Shown: positions 43,980-55,691 of the stretch, in pieces
Layout of the letters: every line of letters starts with the position of its first letter
Position numbering within the stretch: the stretch's first letter is position 1
Notes under the pieces: model-generated
Database searches by the model: none
Told to the model about the DNA's origin: nothing
Seen by the model: only the letters and a program-made list of their open reading frames with translations
Program-made: the position numbers and the translations under genes
Origin: an uncultured delta proteobacterium
Lineage (GTDB): Bacteria > Desulfobacterota > Syntrophia > Syntrophales > UBA5619
Length of the DNA: 64,000 bases
Reading direction: 5' to 3'
Assembly (NCBI GenBank): GCA_963817385.1
Contig: CAWFOM010000028.1
Span: 18,393-82,392, forward strand

Positions 43980-44216
43980 ATGGCGCAGATAAAGAAAATC
44001 AAGACCGGCCGCAAAATCGATCAATCGGTTTTCGGCAAAAGAAACTGGATCGTTCTCGGATCAGGCATTGGCGCGATTGTACTCGGCTTTATTGCTCTCG
44101 CTTCCGGTTCGATCACGTTAGCGCCGATCCTGCTGGTTCTGGGCTACTGCGTTCTGATTCCGGTGGGAATAATGATTAGGGACAAGGACGGGGAGAGCAA
44201 AGTCGAGGGCGGTTAG
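43980..44216 (+). CDS. Small two-TM protein (DUF3098-like)
   Basis: FGKRNW...LAPILLVLGY..LIP; the stop codon lies inside the tRNA-Val gene. Confidence 0.7.
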   Translation: MAQIKKIKTGRKIDQSVFGKRNWIVLGSGIGAIVLGFIALASGSITLAPILLVLGYCVLIPVGIMIRDKDGESKVEGG

Positions 44217-44280
44217 CTCAGTTGGTTAGAGCACCTGCCTTACACGCAGGGTGTCACTGGTTCGAATCCAGTATCGCCCA
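44207..44280 (+). tRNA. tRNA-Val(TAC)
   Basis: GGGCGGT acceptor, cctgc-ctTACac-gcagg anticodon arm, GGTTCGAATCC; CCA not encoded. Confidence 0.95.
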
Positions 44281-44409
44281 TTTTATCGCCGGGCGATCGA
44301 AGCAGGAGACTGAGGAGAAGGAACGGTTCGAGACCCCGAGGGTCTCGACGACACAAAGACGAAGCAACACCCTTGATGGGTTATATATATAGATTTCCCG
44401 CATTTAGTC

Positions 44410-44484
44410 GGGGCCGTAGTTCAGTTTGGTTAGAACGCCTGCCTGTCACGTAGGAGGTCGCGAGTTCGAGCCTCGTCGGCCCCG
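44410..44484 (+). tRNA. tRNA-Asp(GTC)
   Basis: GGGGCCG acceptor, cctgc-ctGTCac-gtagg anticodon arm, AGTTCGAGCC; CCA not encoded. Confidence 0.95.
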
Positions 44485-44499
44485 CTTTTCTTTCCCATA

Positions 44500-44647
44500 G
44501 GGAGTGTTGAAAAAGCCCGGTAGTCTGTCATTCTGAGCACGGCTATGAACCTAACGCACTTGCCCCGCAACGAATCAGAGATTCTTCGTCGTCCGGTAAC
44601 CGCCGGGCTCCTCAGAATGACTCCGGAGAAGGTTTGTCAACAGTTCC
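44500..44647. mobile_element. MITE-like element with nested palindromic repeat
   Basis: Outer IR GGGAGTGTTGAAAAA / TTTGTCAACAGTTCC (12/15); inner IR GTCATTCTGAG (44527) / CTCAGAATGAC (44611). Confidence 0.6.
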
Positions 44648-44853
44648 TTTAGGTCCCACGCTCGGCCGACGGAAATCTCCCCATAGTATATAATCGGCCA
44701 AAACCTATGTTTTCCTGATAGTCATTGTCCTGAATAAATGGGCGCCAAAATGGCATTGGAGACTCCGCAAGCAGCAGTCGTGCCGTGGCGCCGTCTCACC
44801 GATCTGCTTGACATTCAATCGCTTTGACCGTATTGTAGCTGTTCGTTATTGTT

Positions 44854-45772
44854 ATGACCAAAAGGCAATTTCTCAATCGTTTTCTGCAACTGCTGCTTCT
44901 GGCGGCCATCTGTTACTTCTTCGCGCCGAGTTTTGTCGACAGTTTCAAGAAGTTCAACCCTTCAGCCTGGGAAATCAACTATCCGCTGTTGGTCGCATCG
45001 TTGTTGCTGATGCAGGTCGTGCTCTATGCCCAATCGGCGATCTGGTCGACGATCATCACTTTCTTCGACAAGAAGGTGAGCTATCAACAAGGCCTTCCAA
45101 GATTGCCTATCTGTCGCAACTCGGCCGCTATTTGCCGGGACGCATCTGGCAATTGTTCGGGATGATTTATCTTGCCGCGCAAAGAAGGCATCACCAAGGA
45201 AGAGGCGACGGTTTCGTTTCATCCTCAGCCAGATTTTCGGGACGCCTCCGGGTTTGTTGATTGTAGTCGTTTACCTCTTTCTGCTGGAAACAGCCGAGAA
45301 ATATCACCCGTATTCCGGCTTCGCCTGGGTGGGTGGCGCGATCTGTGTCGTGTTCCTGGTGATCTATTTTCTGCCAAATCTGTTCAGGAAAATGATCAAT
45401 TTCGCTACGCGCCTGTTGAGACAACCGGAAGTGGAGTTCCATCTGAAAAAAAAGGTGGGAATGCAGGTGCTGGCGTTTTATTTTGTGACTTGGAATCTGT
45501 ATGGCGTCAGTTTCTACTTGTTTCTGAAGTCGATTCTTCCGGGAGTTGAGTTCAATCTGGTGGAGATAATTGGCGCCTGGACACTGGCGTATCTGGTCGG
45601 CTACTGGGCGATAATCCTGCCGGCGGGAATCGGTGCGCGTGAGGCAATTTTGATGTTGCTGCTGACGCCAATCGTTGGAGGTGATCGCGCCGGTATCGCC
45701 GTCATCGGGGCCAGAGTTTGGTCGATGCTGGGGGAATTGATTTGCACGGCGCTGGCTTGGAGAGTGAAATAG
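44854..45772 (+). CDS. Lysylphosphatidylglycerol-synthase-TM / flippase-like membrane protein; frameshifted
   Basis: SQLGRYLPGRIW, PAGIGAREA...R.W family motifs. Confidence 0.75.
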
Positions 45773-45853
45773 GCGAGAAGCTTACCATGGAGGGTGACAT
45801 GTCGCCTTCAGTGGACGTTTCGGTGATGATATGATTTTAGGATCGGATATAAA

Positions 45854-48308
45854 ATGGTAAAACGCAAAGCGCAGACACAAGGCACCTCGTCGAAGGCGTT
45901 TGACTTTGTCAAACAGATCGAGGAGCACCCCCGGTTCTTCTGGTATTATGCCGCCGCCACTTTGGTCTTCGTCGTTGTTCTGTTCAACAAGTTCATTTTC
46001 TCAAACGCGATGCTCTATGGTTCGGATACGATTCAGGCGGGAGTCTTTTTCCGTGAGTTCATGGTCGATTACTACAAGGCACATGGCAGCGTGCCGATGT
46101 GGAATCCCTACATCTTCTGCGGCATGCCGTTCGTCGACGCTTTCCACGGCGACATTTTCTACCTGCCGACTTTCATTCTCAAGATGCTTCTCCCGCTGCA
46201 GCGGGCGCTTGGCTGGGGACTGATTCTGCACATCTATCTGGCCGGAATTTTCGCCTATATCTGCGCGCGCGGATTTGGACTGTCTCGAGTAGCGTCAGCG
46301 TTTGCCGGTGTATCGTACATGTTTGCCGGCTATCTGGTATCGCTGGTAGCGCCGGGACACGACGGCAAGATTTTCGTTACGACACTCTTTCCGCTGGCCT
46401 TTCACTTTCTCAATCGCGGGACAACGACATTTCGGCTCAAATGGTTTCTGCTGCTCGGACTAACGATTGCTTTGATTATTCTTACGCCACATCCCCAGAT
46501 GGCGTATTTCACACTTTGGGGGCTCGGTGGGTTCTTCGTTTACCGATTGGTTTTCATGTTCCGCGACAAGATCGGCACAGCCAAGATGGCGCTGACTACC
46601 GCCATGTTTGTTCTTGCTGTTGTCATCGGGCTGTTCGGTTCGGCAATCCAATTCTATCCGGGTTACAAATACATTCAGGAGTTTTCACCTCGCGCGGGGA
46701 CGGGAGCCGAAGGGCGTAGCGGCTACGAATGGGCTACGTCGTGGTCGCTGCATTTGGAGGAGTTGGTCGGGCAGTTCGTTCCCTTTTTCGCCGGCGTAAG
46801 CGTAAATGACCCGGAAGCAAAAGGTGGTTATTGGGGAAGAAATGCCTTCAAGGACAACACCGAATACACCGGCTTCTTCCCGATACTGATCGGCATCGTC
46901 GGCATAGCTCTCTGGCGACGGCGAGAAACCTGGTTCTTTGTGGGCATGGCCGCCTTTGCGCTGGTCTATGCTCTCGGAGCCACTACGCCTCTGTTCTACA
47001 TTTTCTATGCGATCATACCAAACGTCGGCAAGATGCGGGCGCCTTCGATGATTATGTTCCTGTTTAGTTTCTCGTTTGCGATGTTGGCCGCATTTGGAAT
47101 CGACGCCCTGATCAAACTCCGCAACGAAGCCAAGACGCGCATCACGCAGAAACTCCACAAGGCACTAATGATCACGTCTTCGGTGCTGACCGTTTTGGCG
47201 CTGTTGTTTACGGCTGCCGGCAAGCCGTTGCTGTCGGTCTACACTTCGATATTCTACTCAGGGATCGAGGCAAGAAGCATCCAACTGATGGAAGGCAATG
47301 TTCCGACCGTTGTGATCAGTCTCTGGCTGATCGCCCTGCTTTGTTGGGCGGTGACTTACCTGATACGTGGCTATGTCACCGGCACGGCGGGTCGCGTGGC
47401 GCTCTTTGCCTTGATCTTTATCAGCCTGATCGATCTCTGGCGGGTTGATTTTCGATTTATCGATACCGTTGATTACAACCGCGTCTTCCCACGCCTGCCG
47501 ATTGTGGACAAACTGAAATCAGAGAAAGAACCATTTCGCATTATGAATCTGACGCGGCCGCAGACGCTGGCTTCCAAGGACTATTTCCCTCTTTACGACA
47601 TTGAAGAATTGACCGGCTATCACGGAGCACAATTGAAGAGCTTCGACGAGTTTGTTGGCGGCCTGGCATACTCGCGGCTGATCGCAAACAAAGGCATCAA
47701 TCTGCGGCCATTCAACTTGACCGGCACCAAGTACATCATTCTTGATCGCGGCACGCAGATCCCCGAGGGACAGGGATTCAAGAAAGTCTATGACAATGAA
47801 GTTGTCGCTTACGAGACACCAGGTCCGATGCGCCGCGCATCGATCTACCACGCCTGTCAACTTGCGTCCAACACGACCTCTGATCTGGATCTGCTATATG
47901 ATGAGAATTTCCCTTACATGAAGCGTGCTCCTGGTCTCCGAAGCGCCGGAATATCAGCCCGTTTTGCCTGATTCAGGTGCGCAGGAATCGGTCGAGATTG
48001 TGGAACACGAGATAGCTCGTCAGCGCTACAAAGTGGAAATGGCGACGGCGGGATTGTTGTTCATTTCGGAGAATTACTTCCCCGGCTGGAAGGTCAAGGT
48101 TGACGGTGTCGAGAAGAAACTGCTGAAAGCAGACCACACTTTCCGCGCCGTATCGCTTGATAAAGGTTCGCACGATGTCGAAATCTATTGGGATTGGCCG
48201 CGTTACACCGGCAGTCGTCTGGTGACGATTCTTACCGTCATCTTTTCCGGCCTGGGTGTCGCCGCCTGCCTTTTCTACGAACGCAAGACGAAAGGAACAT
48301 CCGCTTGA
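45854..48308 (+). CDS. YfhO-family membrane protein (GT-C fold); one frameshift
   Basis: D, PMWNPYIFCGMP, HPQMAY, RAP, GYHGA, SENYFPGWK..VDG. Confidence 0.85.
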
Positions 48309-49051
48309 CTGAACGCGCCTTAGTATTGCTGCCGACCTACAACGAGAAAGACAACATCGAGAAGATCTCTCGTCAGGTGATTGCGATCGACCCCCGCATC
48401 GAAGTGTTGATCGTTGACGACAACTCTCCCGACGGCACCGGCCAAATCGCAGACCGACTATCCGCCGAAAACCCGCGCATCAAGGTGCTTCATCGTGCCG
48501 GCAAACAGGGTCTCGGGCGGGCGTATATCGCGGGGTTCCACTTCGGTATCGAACAGAAGTACGACTATATCTTCGAAATGGATGCCGACTTCTCGCATCA
48601 GCCCAAGTATCTTGCCGATCATCTCAAGAACATTCAGACGTGTGACATCAGTTTGGGTTCGCGCTATATCAAGGGGGGTGGTGTCGAAAACTGGCCCAAG
48701 ACCCGCTGGGCAATCTCATACTATGCCAATGTATACTCCCGTGTCGTCACGGGTCTGCCGGTGCGCGATGCTACCGGTGGATTCAAGTGCTTTCGCCGAC
48801 ACGTGCTGGAATCGCTCGATCTCGACAACATCCGGTCAAATGGCTACTCGTTTCAGATCGAGGTCAGTTTCCGGGCGTGGTTGCACGGATTCAAGATTCG
48901 GGAGACTCCGATCATCTTCGTCGAGCGGGAGGCGGGACACTCCAAGTTCTCCAAGAAGATCATCTATGAGGCGGTCTTTATGGTACTCTATCTCGGCATA
49001 CAGTCGATTCCGTTTCGTGTCAAACGGCTTTTCAGCTTTGGGAAAAAATGA
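48305..49051 (+). CDS. Polyprenol-phosphate mannose synthase-like GT2
   Basis: PTYNEKDNI, VDDNSPDGT, EMDADFSH, DATGGF, GYSFQIE. Confidence 0.92.
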   Translation: MTERALVLLPTYNEKDNIEKISRQVIAIDPRIEVLIVDDNSPDGTGQIADRLSAENPRIKVLHRAGKQGLGRAYIAGFHFGIEQKYDYIFEMDADFSHQPKYLADHLKNIQTCDISLGSRYIKGGGVENWPKTRWAISYYANVYSRVVTGLPVRDATGGFKCFRRHVLESLDLDNIRSNGYSFQIEVSFRAWLHGFKIRETPIIFVEREAGHSKFSKKIIYEAVFMVLYLGIQSIPFRVKRLFSFGKK

Positions 49052-49901
49052 GCGAGACTTACCCCTCGGTCTCCAGTCATCATTGTCAACTACAACACTC
49101 CCGAGCTTACGGCTGAACTGATTGCATCAATTCGCCGACACACCGCCGGTGTGGGTTATGACATTATTGTCGTCGACAACGGTTCCGAGCCATCGCGCCG
49201 ATTTTGCGCCGATCCCGCCGAACCTGCTCTAAAGACAATCCAGTCGGAGACTAATCTCGGTTTTGGGAAAGCAGTCAATCTGGCGGCAAAAAGCAGCGCG
49301 GGAACATATCTGTTGTTCGCCAACTCCGACTGCCGCCTCACGTCTAATGCTCTCCCGGTTATGGTTGCCTATATGCAGCACAACCATGATTGCGCCGCTT
49401 GTTCGCCGCGATTGATTCAGAAGGACGGCAGAGTGCATTCGTCAATTCGTCGTTTCCCCGACTACGGCAACATACGCCACTCGCGCGGTTCGATTCTCAA
49501 AACCGACTCGAACTACACACTGGTGGCAGATACTTCTCGCAAGGAGGTTGAGGCGATGTCGGCAACGTTTATGATGGTTAGACGCGATCTGTTCGAGCAA
49601 CTTGGCGGCTTTGACGAGCGCTTCTTTATGTATGTCGAGGACACCGATCTCTGCAAGCGATTCCATGATGCTGGGAAGCAGGTGGTCTACCTCGGTGATT
49701 TGAGCGTCGTCCACCACTGGGGAGCGTCAACCCGGCTTCATCCGTGGCGGATGAAGCTGGAACACCACCTGTCGATCCGGAAGTACTTCCTCAAACACTA
49801 CTGCGAACAGGAGACTGGCCAATTCTCTGCTGACACTCCAGTTGGCAGTCAATTATCTTCTCGTGGCCGTAAAGATGCTGTTTGTTCCGAGTGCGAGGTA
49901 A
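49048..49901 (+). CDS. GT2 glycosyltransferase (WbbL-like); frameshifted
   Basis: IIVNYN, VVDNGS, NLGFG, NSD, GGFDERFFMYVEDTDLC. Confidence 0.88.
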
Positions 49902-49902
49902 T

Positions 49903-50946
49903 TTGGTGACTCTGATTTTGTTCGCTGTAGCGGCGGGAACGCTTGCTATGAGCTACATCACCATGCCCATACTGATCCGGCTGTCTCATCGCTTTGGTTT
50001 TCTCGACAGGCCGCACGGACGTAAACGCCATGCTTCGCCTACTCCGTTTACCGGTGGTTGGCCGATCTTCATCTTCTTTTGGCTTGGACTACTGATCTGT
50101 GTGCAACTGCTGCCCGAGTTGAAGAATGAATTGGGGCATTACCTCCCGTCCTTTTTTGTGGCGCACGCTCTGGTTTTCGTCGGCGGAGTCATTGATGATT
50201 TCGTCAGCCTGCGGGCGCCGGTTAAGCTTCTGATACAGATTGCCGCCGCCAGTATTCTCTTTTCCGCCGGACTGAAGATTGACACGATCTACATTCCATT
50301 CAGCGGCTCCTATCTGCTGGGCGATCTTAGCTATCCCGCGACAGTCCTCTGGGTGTTGCTGATTGTCAATGCGCTGAATATTGTCGATGGGCTGGATGGT
50401 CTGGCAGCCGGACTGTCGATTATCGGCGCAGTCGGTCTGCTCTATACGGCAATAAAGCTGCAAATCCCTGTCGTTGCCGCCCTGACAGTGATTCTTATTG
50501 CCGTGTTGCTGGGATTTCTGCGGTACAACTTCCCCAACGCGCGCATCTTTATGGGGGATTCCGGAGCACAATCAATCGGTCTGGTCTTCGCGGTTGCGAC
50601 AATCTACTGCCCGATCAAGAGCTATACGGTCGCCGCAATGTTTGTGCCGCTCCTGACTTTGGGAGTTCCTCTCATCGAACTGGCAATCAGCTTCCTTCGG
50701 CGTTTGTCGACGGGCAGATCGGTGGTAAGAGGAGATTTCGGACATCTCTTCCATCTGCTTCCACGTCGAGGAGTCAGTAAGATCAAGACGGTCATGATGT
50801 TCTGGGGAGTGGCGCTGGCCCTGCAAATCTTTGTATTTACTCTTTTTCTATTTGACCGCCGCATCGTATTCTCTATATTGGTAGTGTTTATGGCAGTCAT
50901 AGCTGGCTGGTTTCTGTTTCTTCTGAAACGGGAGGAGCAAAACTGA
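49903..50946 (+). CDS. WecA/TagO-like polyprenyl-phosphate HexNAc-1-phosphate transferase
   Basis: [39 protein letters not shown]. Confidence 0.9.
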   Translation: MVTLILFAVAAGTLAMSYITMPILIRLSHRFGFLDRPHGRKRHASPTPFTGGWPIFIFFWLGLLICVQLLPELKNELGHYLPSFFVAHALVFVGGVIDDFVSLRAPVKLLIQIAAASILFSAGLKIDTIYIPFSGSYLLGDLSYPATVLWVLLIVNALNIVDGLDGLAAGLSIIGAVGLLYTAIKLQIPVVAALTVILIAVLLGFLRYNFPNARIFMGDSGAQSIGLVFAVATIYCPIKSYTVAAMFVPLLTLGVPLIELAISFLRRLSTGRSVVRGDFGHLFHLLPRRGVSKIKTVMMFWGVALALQIFVFTLFLFDRRIVFSILVVFMAVIAGWFLFLLKREEQN

Positions 50947-51908
50947 TGGCAGCGGGTGGGTATTTGGATTTCGAAAAGCCCATATTAGAGCTCGAGAAAA
51001 AGATCAGGGAGATGAAGGAGTTCGCTTCCGGCGAGGAAATCGAACTTTCTTCCGAGATCGTTTCTCTGGAACGAAAGCTACAGAAGCTACAGAACGAGAT
51101 TTTTTCGAAGCTGTCGCGCTGGCAGCGCGTTCAGCTTGCTCGTCACCCCAATCGCCCGTATACGCTCGACTACATCGGCCATATCTTCACGGACTTCATC
51201 GAGTTGCACGGTGACCGCGGCTATGCGGACGACAAAGCGGTTGTTTGCGGCTTTGCCAAGCTTGATGGCCAGAAGGCTCTGGTTGTCGGGCAGCAGAAGG
51301 GGCGGGATACCAAAACCAAGCTGATGCGCAATTTTGGAATGATGCATCCCGAGGGCTACCGTAAGGCATTGCGGCTGATGAAGACGGCCGCACATTTTGG
51401 CGTGCCGATCTTTATTTTTATCGACACCCCCGGCGCCTATCCCGGTTTGCAGGCCGAAGAGCGTGGTCAGGCAGAAGCTATTGCTCGCAATATCAGGGAG
51501 ATGTCGATTTTGCCGGTGCCGATCATTATTACGATTATCGGAGAAGGAGCTTCTGGCGGCGCACTTGGCATCGGTGTCGGCGATGTGCTCTTGATGCTGG
51601 AAAATGCGTGGTATTCGGTGATCTCACCGGAAGGCTGTGCCGCCATTCTGTGGCGCGATCAGGCGAAAGCGCCTGATGCCGCTGAAGCGCTCAAGGTTTC
51701 GGCGCCGGATCTGCTGGAACTGAAAGTAATCGACAAGATCCTTCCCGAACCGACCGGAGGTGCGCATCGAAATCACCAGTTGGCCGCCCAAATTGTAAAA
51801 GGCGAACTGCTGGCTTCGCTGGCTCAACTCAAACAGCTCTCCACGCAAGAGCTTCTGCAGCGGCGGCTTGACAAGTTCCGTTCTATCGGCATTTATGACG
51901 AAATCTGA
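50946..51908 (+). CDS. accA: Acetyl-CoA carboxylase carboxyltransferase alpha
   Basis: [45 protein letters not shown]. Confidence 0.97.
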   Translation: MAAGGYLDFEKPILELEKKIREMKEFASGEEIELSSEIVSLERKLQKLQNEIFSKLSRWQRVQLARHPNRPYTLDYIGHIFTDFIELHGDRGYADDKAVVCGFAKLDGQKALVVGQQKGRDTKTKLMRNFGMMHPEGYRKALRLMKTAAHFGVPIFIFIDTPGAYPGLQAEERGQAEAIARNIREMSILPVPIIITIIGEGASGGALGIGVGDVLLMLENAWYSVISPEGCAAILWRDQAKAPDAAEALKVSAPDLLELKVIDKILPEPTGGAHRNHQLAAQIVKGELLASLAQLKQLSTQELLQRRLDKFRSIGIYDEI

Positions 51909-52110
51909 TTCAGTCCCGAGCGACAAGCCTGGACGCCGATCTTCTCCAAGTCCTCGCGTGCCCCCGCTGTAAAGGGGAATTAACTTACAGCGCACTCTCC
52001 CAATCTTTAGATTGCATGGGCTGCAAATTGCATTATCTTGTCAAAGAGGGCATCCCGATGTTACTGATCGAGGAGGCCCAACCGTTTTGATAGCAAGGAG
52101 CGATCACTAA

Positions 52111-52566
52111 ATGAAATTATCCAAGTTCTGCGAGGAGCACCTGATCCAATTCGACCTCGCCGGTACGGCCAAGAGCGAGATCATCGAAGAGTTGGTGGAG
52201 TTGGCTTCCAAATCCAAGCTGGTTAAAGACAAAGCTCAATTGTTGAGAGATATTATTACCCGCGAGAACCTCGTCACCACGGGCGTCGGCTATGGTGTCG
52301 CCTTCCCTCATGCCAAGACTAAAGCGACGCGCGGCATTGTCATTGCCTTCGGCAGATCCGAGAAGGGGGTCGACTTCGAGGCGATGGACAAGAAACCGGT
52401 GCACCTTTTCTTTCTGATAGCCGCACCGGAAGACGCCATCGGCGCTCACCTCAAGGTAATGGCACACCTGTCATTCTTGATGAAATCCGAGAAGAATCGT
52501 GAGAAGCTGATGACTGTCAAGAGCCCGGGAGAGCTGCTGCAGATTCTTGATACCATCAATGAATAA
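52111..52566 (+). CDS. PTS IIA domain protein (PtsN/fructose type)
   Basis: RE..TTGVG.GVAFPHA, GVDF.A.D.KPV.LFF. Confidence 0.9.
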   Translation: MKLSKFCEEHLIQFDLAGTAKSEIIEELVELASKSKLVKDKAQLLRDIITRENLVTTGVGYGVAFPHAKTKATRGIVIAFGRSEKGVDFEAMDKKPVHLFFLIAAPEDAIGAHLKVMAHLSFLMKSEKNREKLMTVKSPGELLQILDTINE

Positions 52567-52571
52567 TCCCA

Positions 52572-53369
52572 ATGAAATGGGCTACCAGCCGGCTTTATAA
52601 GAACAGAAAACTCTTCCTGATCATCGCGGGACTGGTTGTCCCGCTGCTGCTTTTTGCGCTGCAGCTTGACCAGAAGACCTTCGTGGCGCGTCCGCTGCAG
52701 GAGGTGTTCTATACACCTTTTTGGTCGATTTCCAATAAGCTGACGGCACTGGTCAATGTGTACAATAATAACATGGCGCTGAAGTCCGAGAACGTGCGGC
52801 TGAAATTCGAGCGCATGACTTTCGAACAAAACCGTTTGGAGGATCAGCGCTTTCGGGAAATGTTGCGACTGCTTCCCCGACCCGACTACAAGCTGATTTC
52901 CGCGGATGTGATCGCGCATGATCAGGGACGCCGCTGGTCATCGGCAATAATCCGGGCCAGCGAGTACATCGACCAGTTCCTTCCGGTGGTCGACGAGAAG
53001 GGTCTGGTCGGCAAAATTGCCAGTAGCACTGGCACAGTGGCTACCGTCTCTCTTTTGATCGGCCCCAACTGTCGCGTTGCCGCTCGTGATAATCAGACGC
53101 GAACGCTGGGGATCATTAAGTGGAACACCGGGCGGGGACTGCTATTGGATGGTGTCGCGGTAGAAAGTGATGTCTTCCCCGGAGACACGATTATCTCATC
53201 CGGCATGGGAGGTGTCTTCCCCGAGGGACTCACAGTTGGAGTGGTCGCCAAAGTCGACACGATTCCGACAGAGGTTTTCAAACAGGTTGTGGTCGAGCCG
53301 TTCGTGGATTTCGGGTCGCTCGACAATGTTATGGTCATGAAACCGCTGAGTGGTAGCTTTGGTAATTAG
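52572..53369 (+). CDS. mreC: Rod shape-determining protein MreC
   Basis: Coiled coil, GLVGKI, SSGMGGVFPEGL.VG.V; operon context. Confidence 0.9.
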   Translation: MKWATSRLYKNRKLFLIIAGLVVPLLLFALQLDQKTFVARPLQEVFYTPFWSISNKLTALVNVYNNNMALKSENVRLKFERMTFEQNRLEDQRFREMLRLLPRPDYKLISADVIAHDQGRRWSSAIIRASEYIDQFLPVVDEKGLVGKIASSTGTVATVSLLIGPNCRVAARDNQTRTLGIIKWNTGRGLLLDGVAVESDVFPGDTIISSGMGGVFPEGLTVGVVAKVDTIPTEVFKQVVVEPFVDFGSLDNVMVMKPLSGSFGN

Positions 53370-53862
53370 GATTTTCAAATTTCTGCTCCTGGCTTATCTG
53401 GTGACGTTTAGCCAGACGATCCTGTCGAATCTGACTTCCATCCTCGGCATTGCCCCTAACTTCGGCACGATCATCATCCTGTTGATCGCCCTGCGGACAG
53501 AATATCAGGTTGCGCTGCCGACATCATTTGCGGTAGCGTTGATCATTGATGCGTTAAGTCCCGAGACGCTGGGACTGGGAACAGCCGTACGCTTTGCGAT
53601 TGCTGTTGCCGTAAGCGAAATCAGACAGCATATCGACGTCGAGCAGCTACCGGCACAGATGTACTTGCTGATCGGCTCCGAAGTATGTTTTCAGACTCTG
53701 TTTCAAGCGTTGGCAAATTCCTTCGATTTCGGCACACTGTCGAAGATCTATCTCGAAGTCTCTCTGCCGACGCTGGTGTACACTGTAGTTGTCGGCTTCG
53801 TAGTATTGGCGATGGCAGACTTGGAGTTCAAGATCGAAGTCAAGAGGCGCGGCCTTGGTTGA
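53350..53862 (+). CDS. mreD: Rod shape-determining protein MreD
   Basis: Hydrophobic 170-aa protein between mreC and mrdA; GIAPNF motif. Confidence 0.75.
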   Translation: MVALVIRIFKFLLLAYLVTFSQTILSNLTSILGIAPNFGTIIILLIALRTEYQVALPTSFAVALIIDALSPETLGLGTAVRFAIAVAVSEIRQHIDVEQLPAQMYLLIGSEVCFQTLFQALANSFDFGTLSKIYLEVSLPTLVYTVVVGFVVLAMADLEFKIEVKRRGLG

Positions 53863-55691
53863 TCAGGTTCCCAAAACATCTCGCGGCTGGATACTGACCG
53901 GCGGACTGAGTTGCCGCTATCCTGTTGATTCTCGCCAAACTGATCTACCTGCAGGTATTCCAGTACAAATACTATTTTCAGATGTCGGAAGAAAACCGCA
54001 TCCGCGTTTTGCCACGCTCAGCCATGCGGGGAAAAATCGTCGACCGTGAGGGACGGTTACTGGCATCCGACCGACCGGCTTATACCGTCTCCATCATCCC
54101 CTCCGAAGTCTCGAAGATCGACTATCTTGCGGGAGAATTGGCGCCGCTTCTGGAGATGGATGAGAAGGCGATCGTGCGCAAAGTCGCCGATCGTCGCACG
54201 CGCAAGTATGAGCCGGTGGCGATCAGACGCGATTTGTCTTTTCCGGCTGTCTGCATCATTGAGGAATCCAACGAACTGTTTCCGGGTGTCATCTATCAGC
54301 TTGATCAAACGCGAACCTATTACTACGGCAAATCACTCTGTCACTTGATCGGCTACACCGGCGAAGTTGATGAACGCGAGGCCAAAGATCAGCAGTACCG
54401 TATCGGCAGCATTATCGGTCGTGCCGGCGTTGAGCGTCAGTATGATCAGTCGTTGCGCGGCATAGATGGCATCGACTATTTGGAGGTTTCCGCGACCGGC
54501 AGGATTATTGGACCGCTGGAGGACAGACCAAGCAAAGATCCGTTGATGGGGGACGAACTGGCGCTGACCATTGATATGGACTTGCAGATGACTGCGGATT
54601 CCTGTTTCGGCGACACGCTCTCGGGGGCGGCGATCTTTCTCGATCCCAAGACCGGCGAGATATTGGCTTTGGTCTCGAAACCAACTTACGACCCGAATCT
54701 CTTTGCCGGTTTTGTGTCGCGGTCGGAATATCAGTCGCTGGCCGGCGATGAACGTCTGCCACTTTTTGATCGAACCATCCGTGGCACATATCCCCCCGGC
54801 TCAACAGCAAAGATTCTCACCGCAGGGGCCGCTCTGGAGGAAGGACTCATCACAACGGAAACTCATTTCGGCGCCTGCCGGGGCGGTATGCAATTCGGCA
54901 ATCGATTCTTCAAGTGCTGGGAGAAGCGTGGTCACGGTAGCCTGGGTCTGTTAGGGGCGTTGGAGCAATCTTGTGACGTGTACTTCTACCAACTGGGACT
55001 GAAACTCGGTCTGGAGAAGTGGAATAAGTATGCACGAGCCTGTGGATTTGACCAGACCACCGGTCTGGACATTCCCGGCGAGAAGGTCGGCCATACGCCG
55101 GACGAAAAGTGGTATGAAAAGACCTATGGCAAGTACAACTGGAACAAGTCGGTGATGCTCAATTTGGGCATCGGTCAGGGCGAATTCCTGGTGACCCCGA
55201 TTGAGTTGGCGCAGTTCTACGCCGGCGTTGTGAATCATGGCGTGGTAATGAAACCGCATGTGATGCGCTATCTTCGCACTCCCAAAGGCGAAACGAATTA
55301 CTACCATGCCGAAATCGCGCGCGGCCTGCCGTTCTCCGAGGAGACCCTGGAGATCCTCAAAGAAGGTCTTTATCGAGTAGTCCAAAGCGGCACGGCGGGA
55401 CGGTCGCGAATTCCCGAAGTGACGATGGGAGGCAAGACCGGCACGGCACAGAATCCGCATGGTGAGGACCATTCCTGGTTCGTCGGCTATGCGCCGGCGC
55501 TTGATCCCCAGATTCTGGGATGTGTGATTGTCGAAAATGCCGGACATGGCTCGACGGTCGCGGCGCCTTTTGTGAAGGCGGTCTTCGTCAAGTTCTTCCA
55601 GAAGAAGGGCATTATCAAGATGCCACCACCGCCAACGCCGATGCCGCCTTTGGTATCCGCCGGAAACGGAGTCAATAGTGCTGCAAACTAG
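53855..55691 (+). CDS. mrdA: Penicillin-binding protein 2 (5' frameshift)
   Basis: RGKIVDREG, YPPGSTAK (SxxK), SCD, KTGTAQ. Confidence 0.93.
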
